64,000 nucleotides of DNA, taken from Massalongia carnosa (lineage: Eukaryota). A program made the translations under genes and the position numbers. The stretch is taken from contig OZ287073.1 in the NCBI GenBank assembly GCA_965645245.1, forward strand, positions 1,488,001-1,552,000, written 5' to 3'. The notes beneath the pieces were generated by a model. It searched no databases. It was given only the letters and a program-made list of their open reading frames with translations, and had not been told where the DNA came from. Shown here one piece after another: positions 34,818-48,001 of this stretch. Positions within the stretch are counted from its first letter, which is position 1. Every line of letters begins with the position of its first letter.

Positions 34818-36911
34818 ATGGAAGTCTCACGGGGCCCTCCGCGGGTCAAAAACAAGCAAGCATCGCAGGTACAGATTTCTGCTGAGCAGCTTCTGCGTGA
34901 GGCAGTCGACCGACAAGAGCCAGGACTTCAAGCACCTACTCAGCGTTTTGCAGATCTTGAAGAACTTCATGAATTTCAAGGGAGGAAGCGGAAGGAATTT
35001 GAGGACTATGTACGAAGGAATCGCATCAACATGAACAATTGGATGCGCTATGCGCAGTGGGAGCTGGAACAGAAGGAGTTTCGAAGAGCAAGGTCGATTT
35101 TCGAGCGGGCATTAGATGTTGATTCAACATCAGTGGTGCTATGGATACGATATACCGAAGCAGAGATGAAGACACGGAATATAAACCATGCCAGAAATCT
35201 TCTAGATCGAGCTGTGACAATTCTTCCCCGAGTAGATAAGTTGTGGTATAAATACGTCTACATGGAGGAAACTTTGGGTAATATCCCCGGAACTCGACAA
35301 GTTTTTGAGCGATGGATGTCTTGGGAACCAGATGAAGCGGCTTGGAGCGCCTACATCAAGCTCGAAAAGCGGTATAATGAATTCTCCAGGGCAAGAGCTA
35401 TATTCGAGAGGTTTACGATTGTGCATCCGGAACCGAGGAACTGGATCAAGTGGGCGAGGTTTGAGGAAGAGAACGGAACGAGCGATCTAGTACGAGAGGT
35501 ATTTGGCATGGCTATCGAGACGCTCGGAGATAAGTTTACGGATGAGCGACTCTTCATCGCATACGCTCGGTACGAGGCAAAGCTGAAAGAATACGAGCGG
35601 GCAAGAGCAATTTTCAAGTATGCCCTAGATCGACTTCCTAGATCTAAAGCGATGATCCTGCATAAATCCTACACAACTTTTGAAAAGCAATTTGGCGACC
35701 GCGAAGGCGTAGAGGACGTTATATCGTCGAAAAGACGAGTTCAATACGAAGATCAAATCAAAGAAAATCCAAAGAATTATGATATATGGTTTGACTACGC
35801 ACGTCTTGAGGAAAGCTCGGGGGATGCGGACAGGGTGCGAGATATCTATGAACGAGCCATAGCCCAGATCCCGCCAACCCAGGAAAAGCGGCATTGGCGT
35901 AGATATATCTATCTTTGGATCTTTTACGCTCTATGGGAAGAGATGGACAACAAGGAGGTCGAGCGTGCTCGTCAAATATATGAAGAATGTCTCAAGCTGG
36001 TACCGCATAAGAAGTTCACATTCGGCAAAATCTGGCTAATGAAGGCACAATTTGAGGTACGAAAAATGCAACTGCAAGCAGCCAGGAAAACGCTGGGTTT
36101 AGCTATCGGCATATGTCCGAAGGATAAAATTTTCAAGGGCTATATCGAACTCGAGCTTAAGCTTTTCGAGTTTGTGAGGTGCCGCACTCTGTATGAAAAA
36201 CACATTGAGTGGAACCCTGCAAATTGCCAGGCGTGGATCAAGTTCGCGGAGCTGGAAAGAGGCTTGGACGACCTAGAGAGAACGAGAGCGATCTTAGAGC
36301 TGGCGGTTGATCAGCCGGTCCTAGACATGCCGGAGCTCCTTTGGAAAGCGTACATTGATTTTGAGGAGGAAGAAGGTGAGTATGAGCGGACTAGGAAGTT
36401 GTATGAGCGATTACTCGCCAAGACGGACCACGTCAAGGTCTGGATCAGCTATGCTCATTTCGAGATCAACGTCCCCGATGACGGCGAAGAGGAGGTGGAC
36501 GAGGAGCAAGAGGACAAGCCCATCAGCGAAGACGCTAAGCGGCGTGGCCGTAAAGTCTTCGAGCGGGCTTACAAGAGCATGAAGGAGAAAGATCTCAAGG
36601 AAGAAGTACGTCGCCCCACACCTCATTTCATCCCCCCGCGATTTGCTAACCATCTCTCTTATCAGCGAGTGGCCCTTCTAAACGCATGGAAGTCCTTTGA
36701 GAACACGCACGGCTCGGCCGAGGATCTGGAGAGCGTGGAGAAGCAGATGCCGCGGAAAGTCAAGAAGCGGAGGAAGCTCGACGACGACAGTTTCGAGGAG
36801 TATATGGATTACCTGTTCCCAGACGATGGGGAGTCGGCGGCAAAGAACTTGCGGTTTTTGCAGATGGCGCACCAGTGGAAGCAGAACGCTGGGGGGAACG
36901 GCCTTGTATAG
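34818..36911 (+). CDS. CLF1: Pre-mRNA splicing factor Clf1 / crooked neck (HAT repeats)
   Basis: [16 protein letters not shown]-terminus, many HAT repeats, [17 protein letters not shown]-terminus; 60-nt intron 36606-36665. Confidence 0.97.
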   Translation: MEVSRGPPRVKNKQASQVQISAEQLLREAVDRQEPGLQAPTQRFADLEELHEFQGRKRKEFEDYVRRNRINMNNWMRYAQWELEQKEFRRARSIFERALDVDSTSVVLWIRYTEAEMKTRNINHARNLLDRAVTILPRVDKLWYKYVYMEETLGNIPGTRQVFERWMSWEPDEAAWSAYIKLEKRYNEFSRARAIFERFTIVHPEPRNWIKWARFEEENGTSDLVREVFGMAIETLGDKFTDERLFIAYARYEAKLKEYERARAIFKYALDRLPRSKAMILHKSYTTFEKQFGDREGVEDVISSKRRVQYEDQIKENPKNYDIWFDYARLEESSGDADRVRDIYERAIAQIPPTQEKRHWRRYIYLWIFYALWEEMDNKEVERARQIYEECLKLVPHKKFTFGKIWLMKAQFEVRKMQLQAARKTLGLAIGICPKDKIFKGYIELELKLFEFVRCRTLYEKHIEWNPANCQAWIKFAELERGLDDLERTRAILELAVDQPVLDMPELLWKAYIDFEEEEGEYERTRKLYERLLAKTDHVKVWISYAHFEINVPDDGEEEVDEEQEDKPISEDAKRRGRKVFERAYKSMKEKDLKEEVRRPTPHFIPPRFANHLSYQRVALLNAWKSFENTHGSAEDLESVEKQMPRKVKKRRKLDDDSFEEYMDYLFPDDGESAAKNLRFLQMAHQWKQNAGGNGLV

Positions 36912-38101
36912 ATCTGGGGATGGGGATTGGAGCAGACTATGCTTGGTCTACCCAGTTTATTCGTGGTGCATTGAACAAGACGCATCGGCCATGTAGTCAT
37001 TACAATAGCCCCGGCTCTTCCATTCTCGAAAGATATCTCCCGCCCCCAAGACCCCACTCATTGATTTATTCATTCATCCACCCTACCCCCTAATTAATTT
37101 CCCAGAATCCAAACCCATTTCCCTCTCCGCTTTAGAGGAAGGGGATTTGAGGGTAGTGGTAAGGTTCTGAAAGGTTTGGGATGGATGAATGGATGAAGTG
37201 GAGGAGTCATATGAAGCTGGGATTTGGTTTGGCTCATCAAAGGGGGCAGAGCGGAGGATGCAGAGAGTAGAGAGAGAGTGTGAGAGAGACTCTTTTTTAC
37301 CATTCATTCATCCACTAACTCCCTCCATTCTCCCATTCCCGCTCACCAACTTACCAGAGAAGAGAAAAGGGGGGGAACCACCAAAAAACTAAACCATCAA
37401 AATAAAGAAACCCCCCCGAACAGGACGAGTGAAAACAGGGAGCAACTAGAAAAAGGCAACAGAAAATCTCCCTTGTGATATATAGTTAACATAGGTAAAA
37501 AGGAGGTTATCCTCGCTTTATCATTTATCCATTCAATATTTCCTTTTCTCGTTTCTTTTCTTTCAAAAACCAAACCCCCATAACTCAACTCATCAACCAA
37601 CCCCCACCTTACCCAACTACTTAACTACCTACTTACCTACCTTGACCACCTACCCAGCTACCCAGCTGAACCCCATCTCCCCTCCCCCGTCCACAAATCC
37701 ATCCGAACGTAGCCGCTCGCTCCATAAAACAAAGCGGGGAAATTATATATGTATGGGTAAAACAGGCAGAAAAAGAGGACTTGGACGGTCCTCGTCCTGG
37801 CCGGTTCTGTTATCGATTAGAGTGTTTGGCTTAGGGATCTTGAGGGGGAGTGGAGTGGGAGTGGGAGTGGAAGTTGAGGGAGTTGATGGGGTGTCACCTT
37901 GGGCTGGCTACCTTCGGTCACTAGAGAGAGGTTAGGGATTCAAATAGGGTTCGTGGTCTCTCATTACCGTGATTTCCTAGAATGCTTTCCGCACTCGAAT
38001 AAAGCTTGAGTTGGTACCAACGCCTAGGATCTTCTGTAGAATCAATCACCGAACATCCCCCTATCTGTCTTTTGCGACCGAACCCAAGCCATGACTGGAA
38101 C

Positions 38102-40128
38102 TCACTCCATCAGCCCATCTCCCGCTCCTTCCCCCTCATCCTCCTCCTCCTCCATCCCCTCCTCCCCCGCACTCTCCCGATCCTCCCTGAAAACCTGGCC
38201 CCCAATGCCCGCCTCCTTTAAACGCGCCTGCATCTCCTCACGCTTGGCCGCCTGCCAGCGCTCTAGAGCAGCAGCCGCATGCACACGAAATCCGAACACC
38301 TTAGGCTCGTAGCGACGGATCGTCTTCTCCGGGATGAGAGCTGGATAGACCTGGAAAAGGATGTTCTGGAACGAGGTGCCGAAGTAGGCACCGTCGATGT
38401 TGGCGTGGCGGCTGGACTTGGGGTTGTAAAGGTCTTCGCATTTGCCGCAGTAAAGTTTGACCGACTGCACGGCGGCAACGTCGGACATGCCGGTTGGGAG
38501 GAGGGGGTGCGCGGAACACATAACACGGGGACACTTGCCGAAATCGCCCTTTTTGTACTTTTCGAGCTAGAACATGTCAGTTGATTGTGATGATTACGAG
38601 GGATGAACTTGAAGCGAAAGCCGCAACTGACCATCTTAGCTAGACCCCGGGTAGTAGTGATGTAGCGTGCATGGACGAGGCCATAGAGGTGGCGAGCAGA
38701 CTTTTCGATTTGTTCGCGCATGTCATCATCGCAGTCCAGATCGAAGACGTCGGTGACGAGATCCAAAGCGTATTGATAGTATTGAACCTCGGTATTAAGA
38801 CCGGTCAGGTTAAAGCGATCGGTAAGATAGTCTTCGTCGATTTCGCAAAAGTACTCATTTCCTCGAGAGGAGATGAACTTGTATACCCAATCCAGCATTA
38901 GCATGTTGAAGTCTAGATGCGATCAAAATAGGCATGAAGGGATGCGGAAGAAGGTTAGACCGAAGAAGAAACAAAGGTGGAAAGGAAAGTAAAAGAAAAC
39001 GGGAAAATATGGCGCGACAAGAAGACGCAGGACAATAGTGTTGAAGAGGCTAAAGAGCGTTTTGCCTGATGATCGCGAAGTTCTCATAGGGGCATTCTTA
39101 TTTAGCAACAGCAGAACTCGGTGAAACCCGCTGCGACAACTCAAAGGCGGCGGATCGAATGACAACAGGATAGGCCCACGATATGGTTGATGCGATGACA
39201 TACATGGTACACCCAATAAAGAACACTTTCGGTATACATTGGTGTCGTATCCTCATGAAATTCGGAGTGAAACTTCATTGGAGGCTCGGGAGTACTCAAA
39301 TCTGACAATTGCTCGTCATTCTCCCCCTGGACTGAAGCAGGCCGCACACCCAAAATGCCACCTTGATGCTCCCGGTTCCATTGGGAATACGAATCCATTG
39401 GTAGAGATGGAGAGCGGCGATGACGGTCACGACGTTTCTTTTGCTGTGAGTATTCCTTGGCCAAGGATTGGTCATCATCCTTTTCTGATTCATTCCACTC
39501 ATACAAACGCCCGGGTCGACGGATATCTGTTGCGTAACTCGGTTCGGTATCAGGCGATGACATTGCTGAGCAGCTCGCTTCATTTGTGCTTGTATGATAC
39601 GGCTGAAGGCCTTTTTCTACTGAAGACACGGAAAAGACGGTTCCATAAGATGCTTCCTGCTTGGCGAGTTCTCGTGCAGCAGGATTTTCTAGGATAAACC
39701 TGGCCTGAGGAACTTGAAGGGACGAGGTCCGATATGATGGAGTTAGAGTTTTTCGATCCTGGCCTTCCCCTGCCTCTGGTTTTCTACCTACTGATCGTCC
39801 CTCAGCCAAAATGCAGCTTTTACGAAGCGCAGCTACCTCTCGTCTTGTTTTCATAGTATTGACCTGACCTTGGTTGCAGGATTTCACCATGAGAATTCTA
39901 TGCAGCTCTTAAGATATTGCCCATGGCGGTATCGGAAAGAATAACAAATCAACAACAATATATCGTCTGCGAAGGTGTTGTTTATGACGGGAAAGAACAA
40001 CAAACAAGTGGCAGAGGACAGCGATTATCGGATACAAACAGAGAAACACAGTTAGGAAAAGAACAACCTACCCAGTCTCTCCAATAGCTCGTATAGTCAC
40101 TATCGGTCTCGCTGTTGAAGTCTTCCAT
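38102..40128 (-). CDS. CKB2: Casein kinase II regulatory subunit beta
   Basis: Exons 40128-40072 (MEDFNSETDSDYTSYWRDW), 38877-38632 (FISSRGNEYFCEIDEDY..LYGLVHARYI), 38566-38102 (FGKCPRV.C..VKLYC.KC..IDGAYFG); ~1.2-kb first intron. Confidence 0.95.
39204..39563 (-). CDS. Candidate alternative first coding exon of CK2 beta (120 codons)
   Basis: Open frame inside intron 1, ending YWVYH at a GTATGT donor in phase 0, compatible with the FISSRG exon. Confidence 0.55.
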
Positions 40129-40562
40129 ATTGTTTACTGAGCCGATATTGAGGTTTCCATAAGGAAGAATGATCAAAATAGCTTGAGAGCCTGATAGGGC
40201 ATAGGCGTGGGCTGAGGGGCCAACGAATCAGTATTTCAACGTCCATTCGTTAAGAGAGCGCCGCTAATCTCTACCCGTTCTTCTGAGTTCACAGATGATC
40301 CGGCTTTAACTTTTTGTCAAGAGGTCCATCAAGTCAGGTCAAGCCTTCAGAAGGTTTAGAAAATCCTCTAGCAGAGATGTAAAGGTATTAAAGTACAAAA
40401 TATGTAGCCTTATCTCTCACATACTCTATAACTAGTCATATAACGAGTATTACAGGTATTGCATTGAAATATTAATACATACAGAGTAGAGTATACGTAT
40501 GATATAATACTAACTCAGATGGAACTTTTTGCTCATCTTGATGAGTGTTAAAAATGTAAAAA

Positions 40563-40680
40563 CATACAACAATCGGGATTCGCTGGTGGTCACCCACCCA
40601 ACTACTAATCGATCGATCTGAGTCTTCAGTACGGCAGAGCAGACGGGATACCCTGTTTACCTCAGTCTGTGGTCGTATGT
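40563..40680 (-). rRNA. Dispersed 5S rRNA gene
   Basis: ACATACGACCA...TTAGTAGTTGGGTGGGTGACCACCAGCGAATCC...GTTGTATG, 118 nt, followed by a T-run Pol III terminator; upstream TATA-like element; paired helices (CTGAG/CTCAG, GATCG/CGATT). Confidence 0.96.
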
Positions 40681-41179
40681 GATACAATAGTTCACAGTTA
40701 ATTATATATACTTATGTAAATTATTATTGTTCCTTATGATGGGTCTGGCACACACCGTTCTCAGCCCAAAACATTTCCTCCAGCCCGTGCGCCAACCATT
40801 GGCTTTGCTTCGCCAAAAACCCGATAATGCCAAGATGCTTGCGATGAGAAACAATCAATCACTACCCAAAGGGCAAGCGCCACAATGGTTAGCTGCTGTC
40901 ACGCAATTCTTGGGTAATGGTCTGATGGAAGGTTATCAGTGGCAAAAGTGTTTGGATGGGAGAAGAAGAAAAGATGCGCAAGAGGGAGCAAGAGCGTGAA
41001 AGAATAAAGCCAGCTTGTTGATCCCTTGCTTCTTAAGACTTGCTTTCATCAGCACTTCTCCCTCTTCAACTGTTCCTCTATCTACGATTAAAGTACTCTA
41101 CAATAGCAGCGAAACCTCGCGCCCCATCTCAACTTCAACCTCGCCCATAAATCTACTTCAATCTGAGAACTACTACTCA

Positions 41180-41581
41180 ATGCATCACTCCCTGCTCCCT
41201 TTCCTTCTCTTCCTCCTCTCCCTCCCCTCCGCAGCTCCAGTCTCCCTCCCCATGTTCTTCCTCCGCCAATCTTCCTCCCCTCACTCACAACCCCCTCCCG
41301 TCGTCTCAGCTCAAAAAAACCGTCTGGCCTCCATCCTCGCTCAAAGACCAATGCATACTACCGCCCTCCTCGCCGGCGCTGCGATGCCCTCACCACTACC
41401 TGTTGGATCGCATCCGCTGGCTGCCATTGTCGCTGTGGAGGATTGCGAGGATTGGGAGAATCAAGACCTGAGGGAGGAGTTTGAGGGTTTAAAGGAGGAG
41501 GTAGAGGTTGTGAGGGGCGAGATGGAAAGATTGAGGAAGGAGCATAAGGAGCTTGAGCATGGAGAGCAGGAGACGAGGTGA
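41180..41581 (+). CDS. Putative small secreted / coiled-coil hypothetical protein (may continue after a GTGAGT donor near 41578)
   Basis: Signal-like MHHSLLPFLLFLLSLPSAAP; heptad-like acidic segment LREEFEGLKEEVEVVRGEMERLRKEHKEL; no recognisable family. Confidence 0.4.
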   Translation: MHHSLLPFLLFLLSLPSAAPVSLPMFFLRQSSSPHSQPPPVVSAQKNRLASILAQRPMHTTALLAGAAMPSPLPVGSHPLAAIVAVEDCEDWENQDLREEFEGLKEEVEVVRGEMERLRKEHKELEHGEQETR

Positions 41582-43192
41582 GTTTCCATGGAACGGTAGT
41601 GAAGAACCGTTTTACAAGGCGCAATTCCTGACAAAGGACTCAGCTCAAGATTAGATTTGTGATGATGGAGACCCCACGATATACTAAAGGAACGGGGATA
41701 CTTGACAAAACTATTATTACAAGCGGAGAGTATCACCACTGAGCATAGGAGGATTCGCAGCATCAGGACGAGCTGTCTAATGCCACGTTTTACAAGGCCG
41801 ACTTCAATCAACTCTGAAAGCAGCGACTAGATGCCGCAAAAGGAGTCTACCTACCTTGGCAAATCCAAACCAACCCTAATCAGCCCGAATCTCGGGATTC
41901 AAATCGACGTCAATAGAGAAAGGCGCGCAGCCAATTAATATAACTATTATTTCCCCCCCCCCCTTTTTTTTTTCTCACCCAAACTCCTCGACAATTACCA
42001 AATGCAAATTTTTTTTAAACAAACAAATCCCCACACATCCCAAATCCACTAGCTCTTTCCACAAGAACAAGCAAACCCACCCTACTCACGCATATTGGGG
42101 TTTCCCTTCCCGCCGCCTCTCCCTTGTGGTATGTAGCTGATAAGCAGGTAGGTGATTGGTGGTTAACGGCAAATTCAAGATAACTCACCTTACTCCAGCA
42201 AACTAATGGAAAGAAAACACTCCCCTATCTATCTCTCTATTCTCGATATCAGCTTAAAAAACCCCCCTTCTCTCCAATCAATTATCATTCCTCGTGCTCT
42301 ATTTGGGATATCCCCACCTAACCCAACCCCTTTCCCCCATAAAACTCAGTTAGGGATAGGATAGGTAAGTAAGTAGGTACCTATGTAGGTAATAAAACCT
42401 AGATATATATATAGTTACACCATGCAGAGAAAAAAAAAACCTTCGAAATAGATACCTAGAGTCGTTTCGTACTATGTAAATACCGTAGGTATGGGTATAA
42501 CCCAAACCCTCCTTTCCCCCTATTTCCCTCTTCTCTTCCCGCTTTCCATAAACTTACATCATGTACCACTAACCCACCCCCTGACCCATATATACGTGTT
42601 CCATTACACAATAACAACCACAACGACAACAGTCAAGAAAGGAACTTCCATGTGCAGGAGTCCAAACTATCTATGGTTTTACCAGAGGATGAGAAATTGA
42701 TAATGATGTTTTGTCGGAGATAGGATGGGAAGGGCTGAGGATGTGGGGTTTTTGAAGTGGAAGGAGAAGGGAGGAGAAGGGGAAGGAGGGGGGTGGAAGC
42801 AAAGTAGGGGGAGAGGGAAGAAGAGAATGAATATTCATGAATGACTCAAAAATCTCATGCATCCCCTCAAACCTCCGTCCTAGTCAGCCTATATATTTCC
42901 TACCTCAATTGTGAACATCTCACCGCATCCTTTCCTTTTCTTCTCATTACCTGTCGAGACGAAAAGAAAGAAAGAACAAAGGGTTGAAACACCTTGCATA
43001 CCTGCTTAAGTTTGGGGGGGAAAGCGATAAACCCCAAAGAAAAAGATTTTGTTCGGGGATATATGCCCCTGACTATCTAAGTGGTTGATCCCAACTACCT
43101 GCAATCTTGAGATGTATGGATGCATGTTCTCAACTTCCCCGCATCCCTGCCCTCCCCGTCAAAACCGCAAACGGCGGGAAAACCACCTCAGT

Positions 43193-46100
43193 TCACCTCA
43201 GTCCCCGCCTTGAAGAAAAGTAATCCTCATTTTCCATACTCCCCGCTTTTGTACCCCTCTCCTCTCCCCGTTCCGGCGATCCGGATGCACTACCATTCGA
43301 GCTAGCGGACTCATCATGTTCTGCGACGTCGTCCAGTGTGCCAGGTCGGCCATTTGGCCTCGGGTTCTTCAATCGCACTAAGTTTTCCTTACGCGGGGTG
43401 TTATCGTTAGAATTATCTCCACTAGCAACAGCGGAGGAAGCAGATGATACCGAAGCTGACGAAGAAGCGGCAGAAGCTAGTATCGGCCGAATTCCCATCC
43501 TCTCCACCGCCTTCCTAAGCTCCTCCCCAGACTCATCTAGCGCCATCAAGAATCTGGCCAGCTCCTTACACAAATCCCAGTCGCCAGCCTCCTTCGCACG
43601 CTGCAGCAGGCGTACGCACTGCTCGCTGCCGGAGCTGGACGACGATTCGAACGTGTGCAGTACGAGCAAGTACCCGCCCGCGGTTTTGAGCATTCCATTC
43701 TCAAGCGCCGATTCGAAGAGAGACTGCGGCGGGGGAAGGTGGGCGAAGAGGGTGCGCCAGGAGCGGGCTTCAGTCTTGCGAGTGCATTGAACAAGGATAT
43801 CAAGATAAGTGGGGAATGACGAGAGGAAGGCGAGAATGGTAGGGAGAAGAGCTTCTGCAGGGTTGGTGGAGGGGTGGTCGACTTCTTCGTCGAGGACTGT
43901 GTGCAGTAGGATTTCGAGGGCGTGTGAGAAATAGGGAAGCGCGGCGTAGCTATGGGAGAGACTCGAGGCGGCGGCTGAGTCGTATGTAGAGAGGTAGCGG
44001 TGGAGGATTTGAGGAAGGAAGAGTTGTGACTAAAGAGGTAATGTGTTCAGCAGTTGCTTGAGAAGTTAGAGAGAAGAACTACTTACTCTAATACCAAGAC
44101 GGAAAAGAGCAAAATTCACATCTCGGCGTTGAACGAGATCGGCGTCTACTCCGAGCACGATTCCCTTATCAAGGATTATCGATGAAGGGTAAAAGTCAGT
44201 ACTTATTGCCACTGTCTGAGGTAACTCCCGATCATTTTCTGTGGAGGCTGAATATAGCAAATCTTCAACGTCCAACCAGCATTGAACACTATTGCCATCA
44301 AAGTACCACAAAGAGTCCTTGAGCCCACGACCGCTCGGACACTCGGTGGGTGGGCTGTCATTCAATGGAGAATCAAGGAAAGGACGGCCCTGAGCGTTAA
44401 GTGAGGGCTGCTGATCTCTAATCAAATCAAAGTATTCGACGTTGTTTGCAATGACTCGCATGTCATATTTGAGTCCCCTGTCATTATCCGTGGAGGACTG
44501 TAGCAACACTAATTTGGCATCTACCAGAAATATCACCGAAGCATGAGCAACGTCCTGAGAAGGGTCACCGTCGCCTTCTTTAGGTCAGTCGTATCTTAAT
44601 TTAGAAGGCTGATGATGAACCTACGCAATTGATGGTCAGGCACTATCCAGCTTACTGATCGTACTCTTGCTGGAGCTCGGACGATCCCATTAAGTGCAAT
44701 TTGGCCAACCTGGACGAGAGTTACAGTCGCGCTTGACGCGTTGATAATGAAGTGATAAAGTATGTTTTCATGGGTATAAACCAGCAAAGAATCTTGTCCA
44801 CTAATTGATATTACCACAGCCGCCGAAGGAAGCTTTTTGGCAAATACAAGGGAGGATTTATCAAGACCAAGTTCGCGTGAATAGAGGCGTAACTATTGTC
44901 GAGTTAGCAGCAGAAGAGACACTTTGATTGCATATCATACCTCATAGCTTTCACTCGTCTTCACGGCCGCAATTAAGATATGCTGATACCAACACATGCC
45001 ACCTCGAACAACAAAAGCATTCTCAGCTTCACTATCGCTAAACGTCTTCCATCGCCCACTACTTAAACTGTAATGCGCAAGTCCACGCCGTCCAGCAATC
45101 GCTACATACCGTCCGTCAGAAGATATCACAACGCAGCGAATGGGTTGCTGGTTCATAAGAAATGTGTTGGGTATTTGAACGTGACGCCAGAGAGAAGCAT
45201 CAATGGAGATTGTGGAGAGAACAGGCAATTCGTGACCACGATGTATCATCAAGCTTGAGCTTGTCAATAGAACAGTATGAGATACGTTGGCTGCGCAGAA
45301 ACATCCGGTTACTGCGCTCTTCGCCATTTCCATAATCCATATTCGATCATCATCCATGCTTGCGAGTATCATGGCTGATCCGTCCGTGAGCCAACATCCC
45401 TCAAGAATGCCAATCAGCCATCCCTCGGAGTTCTTCTCTGACAAGGTGCGATCAGCCGCGAATGCACTTCCTCCAGGCTTGCCATAAACACTCCAAAACG
45501 CCCAACCTCTCTCGTATCCAGCAAAGAGACAGTATCCATCCGGGGAATAGCTTAGAGATGTGATTGAACCGGTGGTAGACGGTGATGCTGGGGATTGCAA
45601 TTTGTGCGAAAGCGGTATGCTGCCTACGTAGTCCTTTGCGGTGTATACCCAAATACATCCTGAAGCACACCCGACGGCTAGCAACGAGAACTTTGCGTTG
45701 ATCGCTACGTTGATGGCATGATCATCAGTATTCTCAGGCGCATGGAACCCATATCCATGAAATAGTCTCCTAGGGATATCTGGTTCCGTAGCCAGTCCCA
45801 TAACTCTTTGCACAGCATAAGCTTTCCCGTCATTTGTGATCCATACGGCAAGGCTCATGCCCCTATCGTAGATCATGTCTACTACGTTGGACTTTTTCTG
45901 TACCCAGGTCATCCGGCTCAAAAGTTCCGTACTGTGTTGGCTACCGGAAGCGTCAGGAGCCCAACGAATGCATTGCACAGCCGCAGGTTTTTCCGTCGCC
46001 ACCACAAGCTCATCATCGAGAGCGAGTGCCTTTCCAATCCCAGCGTCGATCTTGATGACCATACGAAAACGTACACTAACTTCTGGAACTCCATTTCGTT

Positions 46101-46604
46101 CTTCCTCAGCTGCAACGCGTTCTGCGACACTTTGCCTACGATTATTTCTACCATCGTAGAGCTGCCTATATACCCTTGTAGTAGGGTCTGTGTTAATAGT
46201 GTAGGTGATGAGAAAGCCTAACTTCGTTTGTACGACGGCAACCGAGGAGTCTGGTCGGAGGAGGACAGCGATATTTCGGCCATAATTTCTCAATGACTGC
46301 GGAGAGCGTGTAACTGATGCAAGGACTACAACTGGCTGTCAATCAGTCAGAACCATCCAATGCACTGCATCCAACCACCTACAAAGGTTTGCCAGATGGC
46401 TAAGGCATTGGCTGTGATCGTAGCAAAGAGATGTCCATTGCGCGAAACACGTATGCCAAGGAGCGCCGAGGGGTTTTCATTCTGAGTCCCTTCGTCGTCG
46501 TCGTCATCATCAACATCCTCGTCATTCCCGCCGGCAGCCTTTATTGGTTTTCTTCGATGTTTGGTTGCAGCGTAAATCCGGGGCGCGCCCAATGGCCAGT
46601 ACAT
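43193..46604 (-). CDS. RIC1: RIC1-domain protein (Ypt6/Rab6 GEF complex subunit)
   Basis: MYWPLGAPRIY start, beta-propeller region, AIAGRRGLAHYS..WK.F, GGMCWY, YFSHALEILLH.VL, LKTAGGYLLVL, WDLCKELARFL; exons ~46604-46383, 46335-44941, 44892-44625, 44574-44087, 44029-43193. Confidence 0.93.
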
Positions 46605-47348
46605 TGTTCATGTTGACAAAGACATAAAGAATTTGGGAGTGACGTCGAGTCTACCTAAATGCAACCCTAAAAATACGTAATGATTCTGATCTCGCACAAC
46701 AATGTTCTACTACCCTTTGGGTCTTTTGATCTGTTGACTGCAGATGCAACTTTGAAGGTCTTCAATAATAGTTACTAATTAGGCTTTGTACGTACGACGT
46801 CAACTTTGTGGATGATATCCTCATGCTATGAATTGGGTTATCTATCTTCATACGGAGTAGTGTAGAGTATATTTAGTACAGACACTTGGCACGAATATCA
46901 GCTACTGACTGTTTAATACGTACTAGAAATAAACTAATAAATGTCAGAACTTCATACAGTGTACCAATCAAATTTTCTCTTCCAAAGCACAAAAGCGAAA
47001 TGTTGTTAGTTCAATCATTGCAACCATTTCTTTCAACAGGGATCGCGAAAGGAAAAGGTTGAAATCTTTGGGACTCGGCTTAGAAAGGAGCTATGCCAGA
47101 TAGAGGCCTATGTGGAAGATGATAGCCAACTTTCTCGTGATGGCAAACTTTACTCCGAGAGGCATGAGCTGATGCTAGAAACGTTTAACAAAAGCAGCAG
47201 TGTTTGAGCTGAAAAATTCCGAATCTATCTACAACAGCAGCGACGAGTGGCGAAAAGACATTTCGTTGGTTCTTCATCGGGGCGTATAGCTTTCATATTC
47301 TTACCTGCAACAAGCACGGCATAAAGATCCATCGGAAAGCAAGACATA

Positions 47349-48001
47349 TCAATCAATTGTCAATTTCCACAATCCATCTCCTAGATAATGACCGGTATCC
47401 ATCACTACCCCTTTCTTTTTCTCTTTGATCTCCTCCGTCCCCATTCTTAATTGTCCCACTAAACATGCTTCTTCTTTACCCTCTGCTTCCACTACTACCA
47501 CCTCGCCCTCCTTCAACGCAGCATCCGCCTCGGGCAATCGACCCCCGGCAGAGGTCAACCCAGGCGCCATGAGCGTGGCTCCAGCCAAAACAAACCGTAT
47601 AGCCCCCCGGTCGATCCCTATTCGGGGAAAGCAGGTAGGGAAGGCATGCACGACGCGGAGATGCGGAATGAGAGGATCGTCCATGTGCTGCCAAAAGAGA
47701 GGGTCATTATCCAAGGCGTACAAAGACACTCGATCCGGGCTAATATCGTTAGTCGAATGGAGTTATCGGGCTTCTCCCGGAGGCATCACAGTTTGAGTAG
47801 ATCCAGTTGAGATTTTTTGGGTATAATTTCTTCAATATGAGGGGCAAGTAGAGGGTATGTTTCAACCACTTTGGTTCGGATGGCTCTTTGAACCGAGGAT
47901 TTAACTTTGGATTTTGCACCCGCCGATATACTGATAGTCGTATTAGCAAAGTCATGGCGAATTGACTTCTCATAACGTTAGACTGACTCTTTCTTGAACA
48001 T
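47349..48001 (-). CDS. TMA20: Translation machinery-associated protein 20 (MCT-1, PUA domain)
   Basis: MFKKD..KSKVKSSVQRAIR, IPHLRVVH, DRGAIRFVL.GATLMAPGLTS.GG, HYLGDGLW; exons 48001-47988, 47930-47790, 47739-47349. Confidence 0.95.
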
